DNA of 64,000 bases from Myxococcota bacterium (GTDB taxonomy: Bacteria; Myxococcota_A; UBA796; UBA2385): the NCBI GenBank assembly GCA_044344255.1, contig JBIJDH010000012.1:64001-128000 (forward strand). Reading direction: 5' to 3'. This document shows positions 39,400-49,377 of this stretch, piece by piece. Every line of letters begins with the position of its first letter. Position 1 is the first letter of the stretch. The translations under genes were made by a program, and so were the position numbers. A model generated the notes under the pieces. It saw only the letters and a program-made list of their open reading frames with translations, did no database searches and was not told the DNA's origin.

Positions 39400-40980
39400 T
39401 CACTTCATCTGGTTGGCGACCCGCTTGAGCTCGCGCAGCGTCGTGATCTCGAGCAGCTTCCCCTTCACGGCGAAGGTGGAGAGCTTCTGGAGCTTCCGGA
39501 CGTTCTCGCCGTATCGATAAGCAGTGCCCCAGAAGGCGTCATACTTCTTCTGGTTGAACTTGCGCACAAAGCTGTCGTTACCGAGGAACTGGACGACCTC
39601 CTTCGGCAGGTTGTTGAACAGCGTCAGGAAGAACAAGAAGTTCAGGTAGCTGCCCGCCGGAGAGTGGAACTCCTTGCGGTAGATCTGATTGTACTCATCA
39701 GAGACGAAGCCGTCCTCGATGGCCTTGTGGTAGAACTCGGTGCCCGGATAGGGCACAAGCGAGCTCGGCAGCAGGTTGTACGGCGGCGGGAGGGTCCAGA
39801 GAAGGCGGAGGCCCTTCATGGAGTCTTCGGTCGACTCCCAAGGATTATCCAGGATCATGTGATAGTCCGGGATCTGGATATAGTCCTTGTACTTGCTGAT
39901 GATGTTGACAGCCTTGAGGAGCTGTTCGTTCGTCATCCCCCGCCGGTACATGCGCATCGTGTCCGACGAGCCCGTCTGGATGCCGAGCTCCGTGAAGCAG
40001 AGGCCGGCCTCGATGAGGGCGCTGTACTTCTCCTCGTTGATGGTGGTGGGCGAGCACTGCGCCCGGAAGGGCAGACCCACCTCGCGCTTCCAGACGTCGG
40101 AGAACTTGCGGATCTCCTCGTTCGAGGTGCTGAAGAAGACGTCATCCTGGTAGTGGACGAGGCCGATCTCGGGGAAGCGGCGCAGCACCTCCTTCATCTC
40201 GGCGACCATGTGCTCGACGGAGCGACGGCGGAGATACCGTTGCCCCTTGTACAGATCATGGTTGAATGCGACGCCACAGTAGCTGCACTTGTGCGGGCAG
40301 CCTCGGGTGATCATCGTCTTGTAGGTGTAGCGCATGTCCCCGTTCCGATCGGGGTACCGGGGCATCCGCTGCTTGAAGACCTCCCAGGTGAGCGGGATGA
40401 GGTGCGCCCCCGCCTCGTCCCAGGTCCAGTCGTCGTCGAAGGTGTAGTCCTGGAACGGGAGGGTATCGAGGTCTTGGATCAAGGGGCGGTGGGGGTTTCC
40501 GACCACCTTCCCGTTCGGCTTTCGAAACCAGAAGTTGCGGACGTCGGTGTAGTCCTCGCCGGCCTCGAGGCGCTGCACGAGCTCGAGGATCGCGTGCTCT
40601 CCCTCTCCCACGCAGACCATGTCGACAAATTCGAGGGCCTGCTGCGGCATGGTGGTGGGGTGGAAGCCGCCCCACATGATGGGGCGGGCGGGCTTGGCCA
40701 TCTGCAGGGCCCGGGTGGCCTGGACGGCGACGTCGAACATCGTCGTCAGGAAGGAGATGCCGATGAGATCGGCCTCCGCGCACACCCGGACGAGGTCATC
40801 GACCATCGTCTGGGCCATCTGCATGATGTAGCCCTCGCGGACGTGCAGGTGGCTGTAGGTGTCGGCCGGCAAGAAGACCTGACGCACCGTGTGACCGTGC
40901 AGCTTCAGGTAGGCGGTGAGCGTACGGATGCACGGGGAGTAGTGGTCAGCCGGGGTCGGGTTGATGAGGACGATGTTCAT
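39400..40980 (-). CDS. B12-binding radical SAM protein (class B methyltransferase-like)
   Basis: B12 domain WGGFHPT..VCVGEGE; TRGCPHKCSYC (CxxxCxxC); RRRSVE; DDVF; GIQTGS; PYPGTE. Confidence 0.93.
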   Translation of the reverse strand: MNIVLINPTPADHYSPCIRTLTAYLKLHGHTVRQVFLPADTYSHLHVREGYIMQMAQTMVDDLVRVCAEADLIGISFLTTMFDVAVQATRALQMAKPARPIMWGGFHPTTMPQQALEFVDMVCVGEGEHAILELVQRLEAGEDYTDVRNFWFRKPNGKVVGNPHRPLIQDLDTLPFQDYTFDDDWTWDEAGAHLIPLTWEVFKQRMPRYPDRNGDMRYTYKTMITRGCPHKCSYCGVAFNHDLYKGQRYLRRRSVEHMVAEMKEVLRRFPEIGLVHYQDDVFFSTSNEEIRKFSDVWKREVGLPFRAQCSPTTINEEKYSALIEAGLCFTELGIQTGSSDTMRMYRRGMTNEQLLKAVNIISKYKDYIQIPDYHMILDNPWESTEDSMKGLRLLWTLPPPYNLLPSSLVPYPGTEFYHKAIEDGFVSDEYNQIYRKEFHSPAGSYLNFLFFLTLFNNLPKEVVQFLGNDSFVRKFNQKKYDAFWGTAYRYGENVRKLQKLSTFAVKGKLLEITTLRELKRVANQMK

Positions 40981-41147
40981 CCGTACTCCTGCAGATCCCC
41001 GACAGGTCCTGCGCTGGCAGGCACGTCGAGATCCAGCCCAGAGCTACCCCGGCCGAGCCGCAGCGGTAGCCCTGAATCGGAGCCCTCCCGCCCTCCCGGC
41101 CGACGGCTCCGCGCCAGGGCTGACGGTCGAGGCCCCCACATCTCGCC

Positions 41148-41176
41148 TTGACATCTCCCGGCGCTCCCCGTAGATC
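41148..41176 (+). promoter_or_regulatory. Putative sigma70 promoter of metK
   Basis: TTGACA (41148-41153), 17-bp spacer, TAGATC (41171-41176). Confidence 0.65.
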
Positions 41177-41302
41177 CCCGCCTCGCGCCCGCAGCGGAGC
41201 CCTCCCGGGACAGGGAGTCACGGGTTTCACGGCGGTCCGGCTCACCGAACCTGTGCGTTTCTGAGATACCGCCGACCGGCACCAGCAAGGAGACTCGACC
41301 GA

Positions 41303-42472
<1,170 letters not shown>

Positions 42473-42498
42473 GCGGAGGGTTCACCCCGCCTCACGAG

Positions 42499-42530
42499 CA
42501 GCCGGGCCAGCGATGGTCCGGCTGTCTCTG
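42499..42530 (+). terminator. Probable intrinsic terminator after metK
   Basis: Hairpin CAGCCGGGCC-AGCGAT-GGTCCGGCTG followed by TCTCT (weak U tail). Confidence 0.55.
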
Positions 42531-42572
42531 CGTTGAGCGCGGCGCGAGCGGGGAGTCACGGACGGAGAATCC

Positions 42573-42905
42573 ATGAAGGGGCTGTCGTATTGGCGTCGGG
42601 TCTTCGCGGTCGGGGTGGTGGCGAGCCTGCCCACGGGGCTCTTGCTCGGCTTCCTCACCCTCGGGAGCCCGCTCCAGCGCTACGCGAGCGAGGCGGACGT
42701 CGGCTTCGGCTCCGGCGCGCTCGTCTTCGCGGTCACCGGGCTCATCCTCACCCGCGGCCTGCGGGCCGAGCTCCGCGCCGGGGCCAAGCTCGAGCCGAAG
42801 ATGCGCCGCCTGCTCGCCTGGACGGCCTACCTCCTGCTGGGCGGCTCCGGCATCTTCTTCGGCTGTGTGCTCCGTGTGCTGTACCGAACCTTCATCGCGA
42901 GCTGA
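42573..42905 (+). CDS. Small hypothetical membrane protein (3 TM)
   Basis: SD GGAG; three hydrophobic helices. Confidence 0.65.
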   Translation: MKGLSYWRRVFAVGVVASLPTGLLLGFLTLGSPLQRYASEADVGFGSGALVFAVTGLILTRGLRAELRAGAKLEPKMRRLLAWTAYLLLGGSGIFFGCVLRVLYRTFIAS

Positions 42906-43524
42906 GCGGCTCGGCCTCTCGGGCCACGCGGCGGCGTACGAAGGGCGGCAAGATCACCCCGGGGCGGGCAGCGAGCAGCCGCCAGTCTTCTCGTGTGACC
43001 CGACCGCGGCAGAGCGGGTGACCGCAGAGGCAGTCGAAGGACTCGTCGTAATTCACGACGAAGCTCCCATAGTCGAGGCGGAGCTCCTCGCCGGCGGAGA
43101 TGTCGCGCAGGGGGACGAGGCTGCCATCGGCGTCGTAGCCGACGTTGGGGGCGCAGGCGTGGTTGATGTAATTGTCGAGCGTCGTGACAAACTCTTCGCC
43201 CATCGGCCCGTAGATGACGCCGAAGTCAGCGTCGAGGCCGAAGTGGTAGAAGAGCTCGCGGAGCCGCTCCGGCAGGGCCTCGATGGCCTCGACGGAGAGG
43301 GCATCCCAGCCCACCATGCCGACGTAGTAGGTGTCGTGCCACTGGTGAACCAGCACAGTGCCTGCCGGGATGTCTACCCGAGCGAAGACCCCGCTGTGAG
43401 CCCCCCGCACGGCCCGCCGCTCGGCGATGCTCAGGAAGGCGAGATCGGCCCGACCACGCGCCACAAGGTCGACCCCGGGGAGAGGGATCCACCTCCCGGG
43501 GGCGGCACTTTTTGTGTTTTCCAT
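42892..43524 (-). CDS. SET-domain methyltransferase with post-SET motif (SET-1)
   Basis: GVFARVDIPAGT; YINHACAPN; RDISAGEELRLDYG; post-SET CLCGHPLC. Confidence 0.92.
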   Translation of the reverse strand: MENTKSAAPGRWIPLPGVDLVARGRADLAFLSIAERRAVRGAHSGVFARVDIPAGTVLVHQWHDTYYVGMVGWDALSVEAIEALPERLRELFYHFGLDADFGVIYGPMGEEFVTTLDNYINHACAPNVGYDADGSLVPLRDISAGEELRLDYGSFVVNYDESFDCLCGHPLCRGRVTREDWRLLAARPGVILPPFVRRRVAREAEPLSSR

Positions 43525-43574
43525 GAGACCGCGCGACTACCGCGACGGGGGCGAACCGTCAACGCCTCCCCCGC

Positions 43575-44189
43575 TTGACCACCCAACAACGGAGACGATA
43601 CCTCGGCCACATGATCCACCCTGACACCGAGCTCAAGCGACGCGGCGACACGATCGGCCTCGGCCTCTTCGCCACCGCGCCGATCCCCAAGGGCACCGTC
43701 ATCTGGATGCGCGACCCGATCGATCAGGTGCGGAGCCCGGCCGAGGTCGCGAAGCTCCCGCCGGCCCTGCGCGCGCTGTACGCCCTCTACTCCTACGTCG
43801 ACATCGACGGGAGCTGGGTCCTCTGCTGGGATCACGGCCGGTACATCAACCACGCCTGCGCCCCCAGCCTCGTCGGGGTGGGCACCGTGATGGAGGTGGC
43901 GCAGGCGGACGTCGCCCCCGGGCAAGAGCTCACCTGCGAGTACAACTTCGAGTGCCTCGTCGTGGGCTTCGCGTGCGCCTGCGGGTCGCCGCAGTGCCGC
44001 AGCCAGCGCGGGCCGGAGTCCGAGGCGGTGACCGCCCTCCGCTGGCGGGAGGCCGCCCTGGCCATCTGGCCGAGCGTGCTCGCCGTCCCGCAGCCGGTGT
44101 TCGAGGCGGTGGGCGAGGCGGGCCCCGCCGCCGCCTGGGTGCAAGCATGGCGGGCCCGCGGCCCCCTCGCGGAGCACCTCGCCTACTGA
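43575..44189 (+). CDS. SET-domain methyltransferase with post-SET motif (SET-2)
   Basis: IGLGLFATAPIPKGT; YINHACAPS; DVAPGQELTCEY; post-SET CACGSPQC; alternative ATG at 43611. Confidence 0.92.
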   Translation: MTTQQRRRYLGHMIHPDTELKRRGDTIGLGLFATAPIPKGTVIWMRDPIDQVRSPAEVAKLPPALRALYALYSYVDIDGSWVLCWDHGRYINHACAPSLVGVGTVMEVAQADVAPGQELTCEYNFECLVVGFACACGSPQCRSQRGPESEAVTALRWREAALAIWPSVLAVPQPVFEAVGEAGPAAAWVQAWRARGPLAEHLAY

Positions 44190-46552
44190 GGTGGGCGCGC
44201 CGCGCGGTGGGGCCGGAGGTCGTAGGTCCAGACCTCGCAGTAGCCGGAGGTGCCGTCCCCGTCCGGCGCGGCCGTCCAGTAGCTGCGCCCCAGCCTCTGG
44301 TAGCCGCGCGCCTGGAGGATGGTGAGCATGGCGAGGTGGTCCTCCCAGACCACGCTCAGCTCGGTGTCGAAGCGCTCGGCCAGCCAGGCCGCGAGGAGCG
44401 GCCAGGCGAGGGCCTCCCCGAGGATCCCCCGCCCTTGGAAGGCGGGGTGCAGCCACTCGTCGAGCTGGACGGCGCCCGGCGGGGGCTCGACGCCGACGCC
44501 CACGTTCGGGCAGCGCTGCAGGATCCCCGCGCCCGCGGGGACGCCGTCCACCCGGATCACCACACCCTCCCGGGAGCGACACCAGGCCGCCGCGGCCGCG
44601 TCGTCCATGCGCCCGGGGAGCTCGGTGGCGGCCACGAGCGGGAGGTGGTGGGAGGCCTCGACGACCATGCGGATCACGGCTGAGTCTCGTGCGGCGGGCT
44701 CGCCGAGCGGGGTGAGCGTGATCGATCCCGAGGCGGGCGCGTCGGTGAGCGCGGCGGCGGCGTCACCGTCCAGCCGCGCCGCGAGCTCGCGGAGCGTGGC
44801 GTCCCGCACGAGGCCGAGCGTGACCCGCCCGGGACCGAATTCCTGCTCGACCAGGCCCATCAGCTCGGCGGTGCGGAGCGAGTCACCGCCGATGGCGGAG
44901 AAGCGGTCTCCCCGTGCCAGGTCATCGCGCTGGAGCAGGCGCGCCCAGAGGGCGGCGAGGCGGCGCTCGGTGGGGGTGGCGGGGCGCTCCTCGGGGCGGA
45001 GGGCGCGGCTGTCGGCGCGGGCGAGGCCGAGGAGGCCGACGCGGTCGCGCTTCCCGTTGGGGAGGAGGGGGAGGCGGTCGACCCTGCGCACGCGGCCGGG
45101 GCGCATCACCTCGGGCAGCAGGCGGAGGGCGGCCGCCTGAACCTCAGCCTCGAGCGCGGCCTCGAGCGCGGCGTCGGCCCCTTCGCCGCCGGAGGCGGCC
45201 GTCACGAGGGCGACGAGGCCCTGATCCCCCACCACCGCCGCGAGCTCCGCGACGGTGGGGCAGGCCGGGGTGAGGCAGCGCTCGATCTCCTCGAGGTCGA
45301 CTCGCACCCCGCGGATCTTCACCGCGCTGTCGCTGCGCCCGAGGTACTCGAGCTGCCCGTCGGCCCGCCAACGCACGCGGTCGCCCGTGTGGAAGACCCG
45401 CTCCCCGGCCCGCTCGGGGTGGCGCGGGAAGCGCACCGCCTCCTCCTGGGGGCGGCGGTGGTAGCCCGCGGCGAGCACCGGCCCCCCCACGGCCAAGGCC
45501 CCCTCCTCGCCGGGCCCGACCGGCGCGCCCTCTTCGTCGAGCAGCCAGAGCTCGGCCCCGGCGATGGCCCGCCCGATCGGGGGCGCGCCCACCGGCAGCG
45601 GATCACCCGGGTTGAAGACCGCGGCGGTGACGTCGCCCGTGACCTCGGTGGTGCCGTAGAGGTTGATCAGGGTGGCGGCGGGCAGGGCCTCCCGGAAGGC
45701 GAGGAGCAGGGGCTCGCTCAGCGCCTCACCGCTGGTGATCCAGGTCCGCAGGCGATCGAGGCGGTCTCCAAGCCGCGGCACGCTGCGCAGCATGGCCCCG
45801 AGGATCGAGGGCACCACGGTGAGCCGGCTGACCCGCCGCTGTTCCAGTGCGTGGACGAAGCGCGGAAGGTCGGCCACCTCCTCGCTGGAGAGGATGGCGG
45901 TGGGCACGCCCTGGAGGAGGCCCGAGAAGAGCTCTGGGCCGGCGTCGACGAAGTTCAGCGAGCTCCGGTGGGCCACCACCTCGCCCGCCGCGAAGGGGAA
46001 GGCCGCCCAGCCCCAGGCGAGGCGGTTCATCATCGCCCCCCGGGTGCCGACGACCCCCTTCGGCCGCCCGGTGCTCCCCGAGGTGTAGAGGATGTTGAGG
46101 CGGTCGTCAGGGGCCTCGCGGGCGAGTTCCTCCTCGAGCGCGGCGAGGAGGGCCACGTCGCCCTCGACCTCGGTCAGCGCCAAGTCAGCCGGCGCCAGGA
46201 CCGGGAGGGCGCCGACCCAGGTCGGCCGCGGGCCCTCCCCGACGAGGAGGGCGCGCAGGTCGGCGTCCTCGGCGATGAGCCGCTGGCGCTCCGCAGGGTA
46301 GGCGGGGTCAATCGGGACGTAGGCCGCCCCCGCCCGCAGGGCCCCGATCACGGCCACGACGCTGTCGATGGAGCGCGGCAGGTGGACACCGACGGCGTCG
46401 CCGCGCCGCACCCCCGCCGCGCGGAGGGCCAGGGCGACCGCGCGGGAGCGGCGCTCCAGCCCTCGGTAGTCGAGCTGCCCCTCGGGGCCGACGAGCGCGA
46501 CACGCTCCGGGTGATCGCGGCGGACGCGGTCGAGAAGACGGGAGAGCGGCAT
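44183..46552 (-). CDS. Stand-alone NRPS-like protein: adenylation, PCP and C-terminal GNAT-like domain
   Basis: A3 YTSGSTGRPKG; A5 NLYGTTE; A7 HTGD; A8 GRSDSAVKIRG; A10 NGK; PCP GGDSL; GNAT motif A LHPAFQGRG and ARGY; SD GGAGG absent from view but ATG at 46552. Confidence 0.9.
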   Translation of the reverse strand: MPLSRLLDRVRRDHPERVALVGPEGQLDYRGLERRSRAVALALRAAGVRRGDAVGVHLPRSIDSVVAVIGALRAGAAYVPIDPAYPAERQRLIAEDADLRALLVGEGPRPTWVGALPVLAPADLALTEVEGDVALLAALEEELAREAPDDRLNILYTSGSTGRPKGVVGTRGAMMNRLAWGWAAFPFAAGEVVAHRSSLNFVDAGPELFSGLLQGVPTAILSSEEVADLPRFVHALEQRRVSRLTVVPSILGAMLRSVPRLGDRLDRLRTWITSGEALSEPLLLAFREALPAATLINLYGTTEVTGDVTAAVFNPGDPLPVGAPPIGRAIAGAELWLLDEEGAPVGPGEEGALAVGGPVLAAGYHRRPQEEAVRFPRHPERAGERVFHTGDRVRWRADGQLEYLGRSDSAVKIRGVRVDLEEIERCLTPACPTVAELAAVVGDQGLVALVTAASGGEGADAALEAALEAEVQAAALRLLPEVMRPGRVRRVDRLPLLPNGKRDRVGLLGLARADSRALRPEERPATPTERRLAALWARLLQRDDLARGDRFSAIGGDSLRTAELMGLVEQEFGPGRVTLGLVRDATLRELAARLDGDAAAALTDAPASGSITLTPLGEPAARDSAVIRMVVEASHHLPLVAATELPGRMDDAAAAAWCRSREGVVIRVDGVPAGAGILQRCPNVGVGVEPPPGAVQLDEWLHPAFQGRGILGEALAWPLLAAWLAERFDTELSVVWEDHLAMLTILQARGYQRLGRSYWTAAPDGDGTSGYCEVWTYDLRPHRAARPPQ

Positions 46553-46641
46553 GGAGGTCCCACCGGGGCGCCGGCGGTGGAGGCCCGCGCCGCCCGCCGA
46601 CTATCCAGGGGGGGCGCGCGGCGCGGAGATCGGGAGATCAC

Positions 46642-46680
46642 TTGACCCACCTATTATTCTATTATAGTAGAACACTATAA
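46642..46680 (+). promoter_or_regulatory. AT-rich promoter/operator of the GntR(YtrA)-ABC operon
   Basis: TTGACC at 46642; overlapping inverted repeats TTCTA-N6-TAGAA (46657-46672) and TTATAGT-N5-ACTATAA (46662-46680). Confidence 0.7.
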
Positions 46681-46699
46681 CGACAGAACTGGAGGCCTC

Positions 46700-47956
46700 A
46701 TGCTCCCCTCGCCCGCCTCGCCACCCCCCGGCGCCTCGCTCCAGGCCGGGCTGCGCGCCGCCTTCGCTCGGGAGTGGGTCGCCCGGAGGGTCCCGATCGG
46801 GTGTGCCATCGCGGCGCTGGTGCCCCTGCTGCTGCTCCGCGACGGCACCCGGGAGGCCTGGGCCCTCTTCGAGCTGCTCCTCCTCACGCCCCTGCTCGCC
46901 TTCGGCCTCGGCGCCGCCGGAGACCCGCGGGCCGATCGGGGCTGGGCGTCTTTCGGCGGCGGGCCGCGGGATCGGCTCCTCGGGCGGCTGTTGGTGCAGG
47001 GCGGCCTGATCGGGCTCTCCGTCCTCTGCCCTTGGTGGGTGATCAGCGAGCCCGGGAACAGCGTCGCCGACCTCTTCGAAGGGTCACCCCTCTCCGCGCT
47101 CCTCCTCCTCGTGGTCCTCGGGACCACGGCGCTGATCTACCTCTCCGCGGCCTTGAGCCGCCGGCACCTCGGCGGCATCGGCCCCCTCGCCGGGCCCCTG
47201 GCCCTGGGCGTGCTGGTGATCGGAGGGGGGGTGATCGACTGGGAGACGGGCGGCTGGAGCGTGATCGAGGGCGTCGCCCTGCGGGTCACCCTGCTCGTGC
47301 CGGGCTGCCTCGTCGCGCTGCTCCACCGCGAGGGGCGGCTGCCGCGGCCCCGAGACTTCAACCTCGCCTTCGCCGGAGCCGTGGTGCTCAGCGGCCTCAG
47401 CCTGATCCCCGGCGCGGCCTGGTCGGGCCGCCCCCTCTTCCTGCCCCCCGTGCCGGTCGACCTCGACGAGGCCACGGGGCGCGCCTTGTGGGTCGCGCAA
47501 GACGCCCGGATCTTCGGCGGTCGCCGCGCCCTCTTGTGGCAGGATGGTGAGTGGAGCGTGGTGGGGCCAGCGGGCGCCAACGCGGAGGCGGCGCTCGGTC
47601 CACAGGGCAGCCGGGCCTTCCTCGTCTGGCCGGGGTCGGACCACAGCGGCGCCGGGGAGCTGGTCCTCGAGAGCGCCGACGGCCGCTCCACCCGCTGCCC
47701 CTTCGAGCGACTCGCCCTGCGCGGCGTCTGGGGCTTCTCCGCGGCCGGCGCGGCGGGCATCCGCACGGGCGATCCCCAGGCCCCGGCCGCCCTCCTCGCC
47801 ACCCCCGCCGGTACCTGCGAGCGGGCGGTCGCCCTCGACTGCGCCTCGGCCGGCCTCGAGCCCTCCACCTGCGGCCTCGGCCCCTTTGACCCCATCCGCG
47901 CGCGAGCCCTGCTCGCGACCGCCGGGCCCACCACCCTGCTCGGGCCCGAACGATGA
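46700..47956 (+). CDS. Membrane protein, probable ABC-2-type permease with C-terminal extracytoplasmic domain
   Basis: SD GGAGG; about 7 TM helices; operon with GntR and ABC ATPase. Confidence 0.6.
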   Translation: MLPSPASPPPGASLQAGLRAAFAREWVARRVPIGCAIAALVPLLLLRDGTREAWALFELLLLTPLLAFGLGAAGDPRADRGWASFGGGPRDRLLGRLLVQGGLIGLSVLCPWWVISEPGNSVADLFEGSPLSALLLLVVLGTTALIYLSAALSRRHLGGIGPLAGPLALGVLVIGGGVIDWETGGWSVIEGVALRVTLLVPGCLVALLHREGRLPRPRDFNLAFAGAVVLSGLSLIPGAAWSGRPLFLPPVPVDLDEATGRALWVAQDARIFGGRRALLWQDGEWSVVGPAGANAEAALGPQGSRAFLVWPGSDHSGAGELVLESADGRSTRCPFERLALRGVWGFSAAGAAGIRTGDPQAPAALLATPAGTCERAVALDCASAGLEPSTCGLGPFDPIRARALLATAGPTTLLGPER

Positions 47957-48378
47957 GCCTGCGCCTCCCCATCGACCCCGGCTCCGCCACGCCGCTCTAT
48001 CGCCAGCTCACCGATGGGCTCCGCGCCGCCATCGCCGCCGGCCAGCTCGCCCCGGGCGAGGCGCTGCCCAACATCCGCGAGCTCGCCGCCCTGCTGCGCG
48101 TGAACTACCACACCGTCGCCCGGGCCTGTCAGGAGCTCGAGGACTCCGGCCTGCTGAGCCGAAAGCGCGGCGGCCCCTTCTGCGTGGCCGAGGGCGCGCA
48201 GCCGGACGCCGGCGAGCAGGCCCTCCGGGACAACCTCCGCGCGCTGGCACGAGAGGCCCTCTCCCGCGGCCTCCCGCCCGAGCGTGTCCAGGCCTGGTGG
48301 GCCGAGGCCCTCGCCGAGGCCGCAGCCCTGACGCCCCAGGCCCTCCCCTCCCCCGCCGCCCCCTCGGAGAAGCCATGA
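47953..48378 (+). CDS. GntR family regulator, YtrA subfamily
   Basis: PLYRQL..I..G.L.PGE.LPNIRELA..L.VNYHTVARA..ELE..G; short C-terminus. Confidence 0.93.
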   Translation: MSLRLPIDPGSATPLYRQLTDGLRAAIAAGQLAPGEALPNIRELAALLRVNYHTVARACQELEDSGLLSRKRGGPFCVAEGAQPDAGEQALRDNLRALAREALSRGLPPERVQAWWAEALAEAAALTPQALPSPAAPSEKP

Positions 48379-49076
48379 GCACCCTCCCCGCAGAGAACAC
48401 TCTCATCGCAGAGGACACTCTCATCGCAGAGGATATTGTCGTGGACGGCATCCTCACCGGGATCAACCTCCGGCTCCAGGCCGGCGACTGCCTCGCGGTG
48501 GTGGGAGAGAACGGCGCCGGGAAGTCGACCCTCCTCGCCGTGCTGGCTGGCGCCCTCCTCCCCGACCGGGGCCGCGTGACCCGCCCCGCCACCTTCGCCT
48601 GGATGGCCGAGGGCAGCCCGCTCGACGCCGGCGTCAAGGGCCGCGACTGGCTCCGCCTGCACGAACGCCAGCCCGACTGGGACCCCGCCCTCGCCGAGAC
48701 CCTCCGCGCCGCCCTCCCGGTGCCGCTCGACCGCCCCGCCGAGGCCCTCTCCCTCGGCCAGCGCACCCGCCTGGGCCTCCTGCTCACCCTCCCGCACCGC
48801 GCGCCGCTGCACATCCTCGACGACCCCTTCCTCGGCCTCGACCCCGCGGCCCGCGCCGAGGCCCAGACCCTCCTCGCCCGCGTCGCCGATGCCTCCCGGG
48901 CCGTCGTCTTCGCCACCGCAGACCTCGGCAGCGCCGCCCGCCTCACCACCCACCTCGGCCTGCTCCGCGCGGGCCGGCCCCTCGAGGTCGCCCCCATCGA
49001 CGTGTGGGAGCAGCGCGCGGAGGCCGCCGGGCAGCGCCTGGAGGCCTACGTCGAGGCGCGGCTCGGCGGCGGCTGA
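48375..49076 (+). CDS. ABC transporter ATP-binding protein (degenerate motifs)
   Basis: Walker A GENGAGKST; signature LSLGQ; Walker B HILDDP; H-loop FATAD; ATGA coupling. Confidence 0.85.
   Translation: MSTLPAENTLIAEDTLIAEDIVVDGILTGINLRLQAGDCLAVVGENGAGKSTLLAVLAGALLPDRGRVTRPATFAWMAEGSPLDAGVKGRDWLRLHERQPDWDPALAETLRAALPVPLDRPAEALSLGQRTRLGLLLTLPHRAPLHILDDPFLGLDPAARAEAQTLLARVADASRAVVFATADLGSAARLTTHLGLLRAGRPLEVAPIDVWEQRAEAAGQRLEAYVEARLGGG
48390..48433. repeat. 18-bp in-frame tandem repeat encoding AENTLI-AEDTLI-AED
   Basis: GCAGAG(A/G)ACACTCTCATC about 2.5 copies. Confidence 0.85.
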
Positions 49077-49089
49077 GCGGCAGGCCGAC

Positions 49090-49377
49090 TCAGCTTCGAA
49101 CGGGCGCGATGTGCCGTCGCTGGTCCGTCACCTGCAGCACCCACAGGTCTCCACCCCGACGCTCGTAGTACACTCGCATCGGTGGCACGGGCCAGCTACG
49201 CACCCATCGCCCATCCAACAGCTGATCCTCCGGCCCGTCCAGGTCGACCTCGCTCAGCCGCTCGACCGCCTCGAACACGAGCCCGATCATCCTCCCCGCA
49301 GCCGCAGGGCTCCTCGTCGCCAACCAGTCAACGGCCAGCTCGATGTCGCCCAGCGCCTCGTCCGTCCAACGAATCAT
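49090..49377 (-). CDS. ParE/RelE family type II toxin
   Basis: IRWTDEALGDI...AVERL...RVYYE...LWVLQV.DQRR pattern, 95 aa. Confidence 0.8.
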   Translation of the reverse strand: MIRWTDEALGDIELAVDWLATRSPAAAGRMIGLVFEAVERLSEVDLDGPEDQLLDGRWVRSWPVPPMRVYYERRGGDLWVLQVTDQRRHIAPVRS

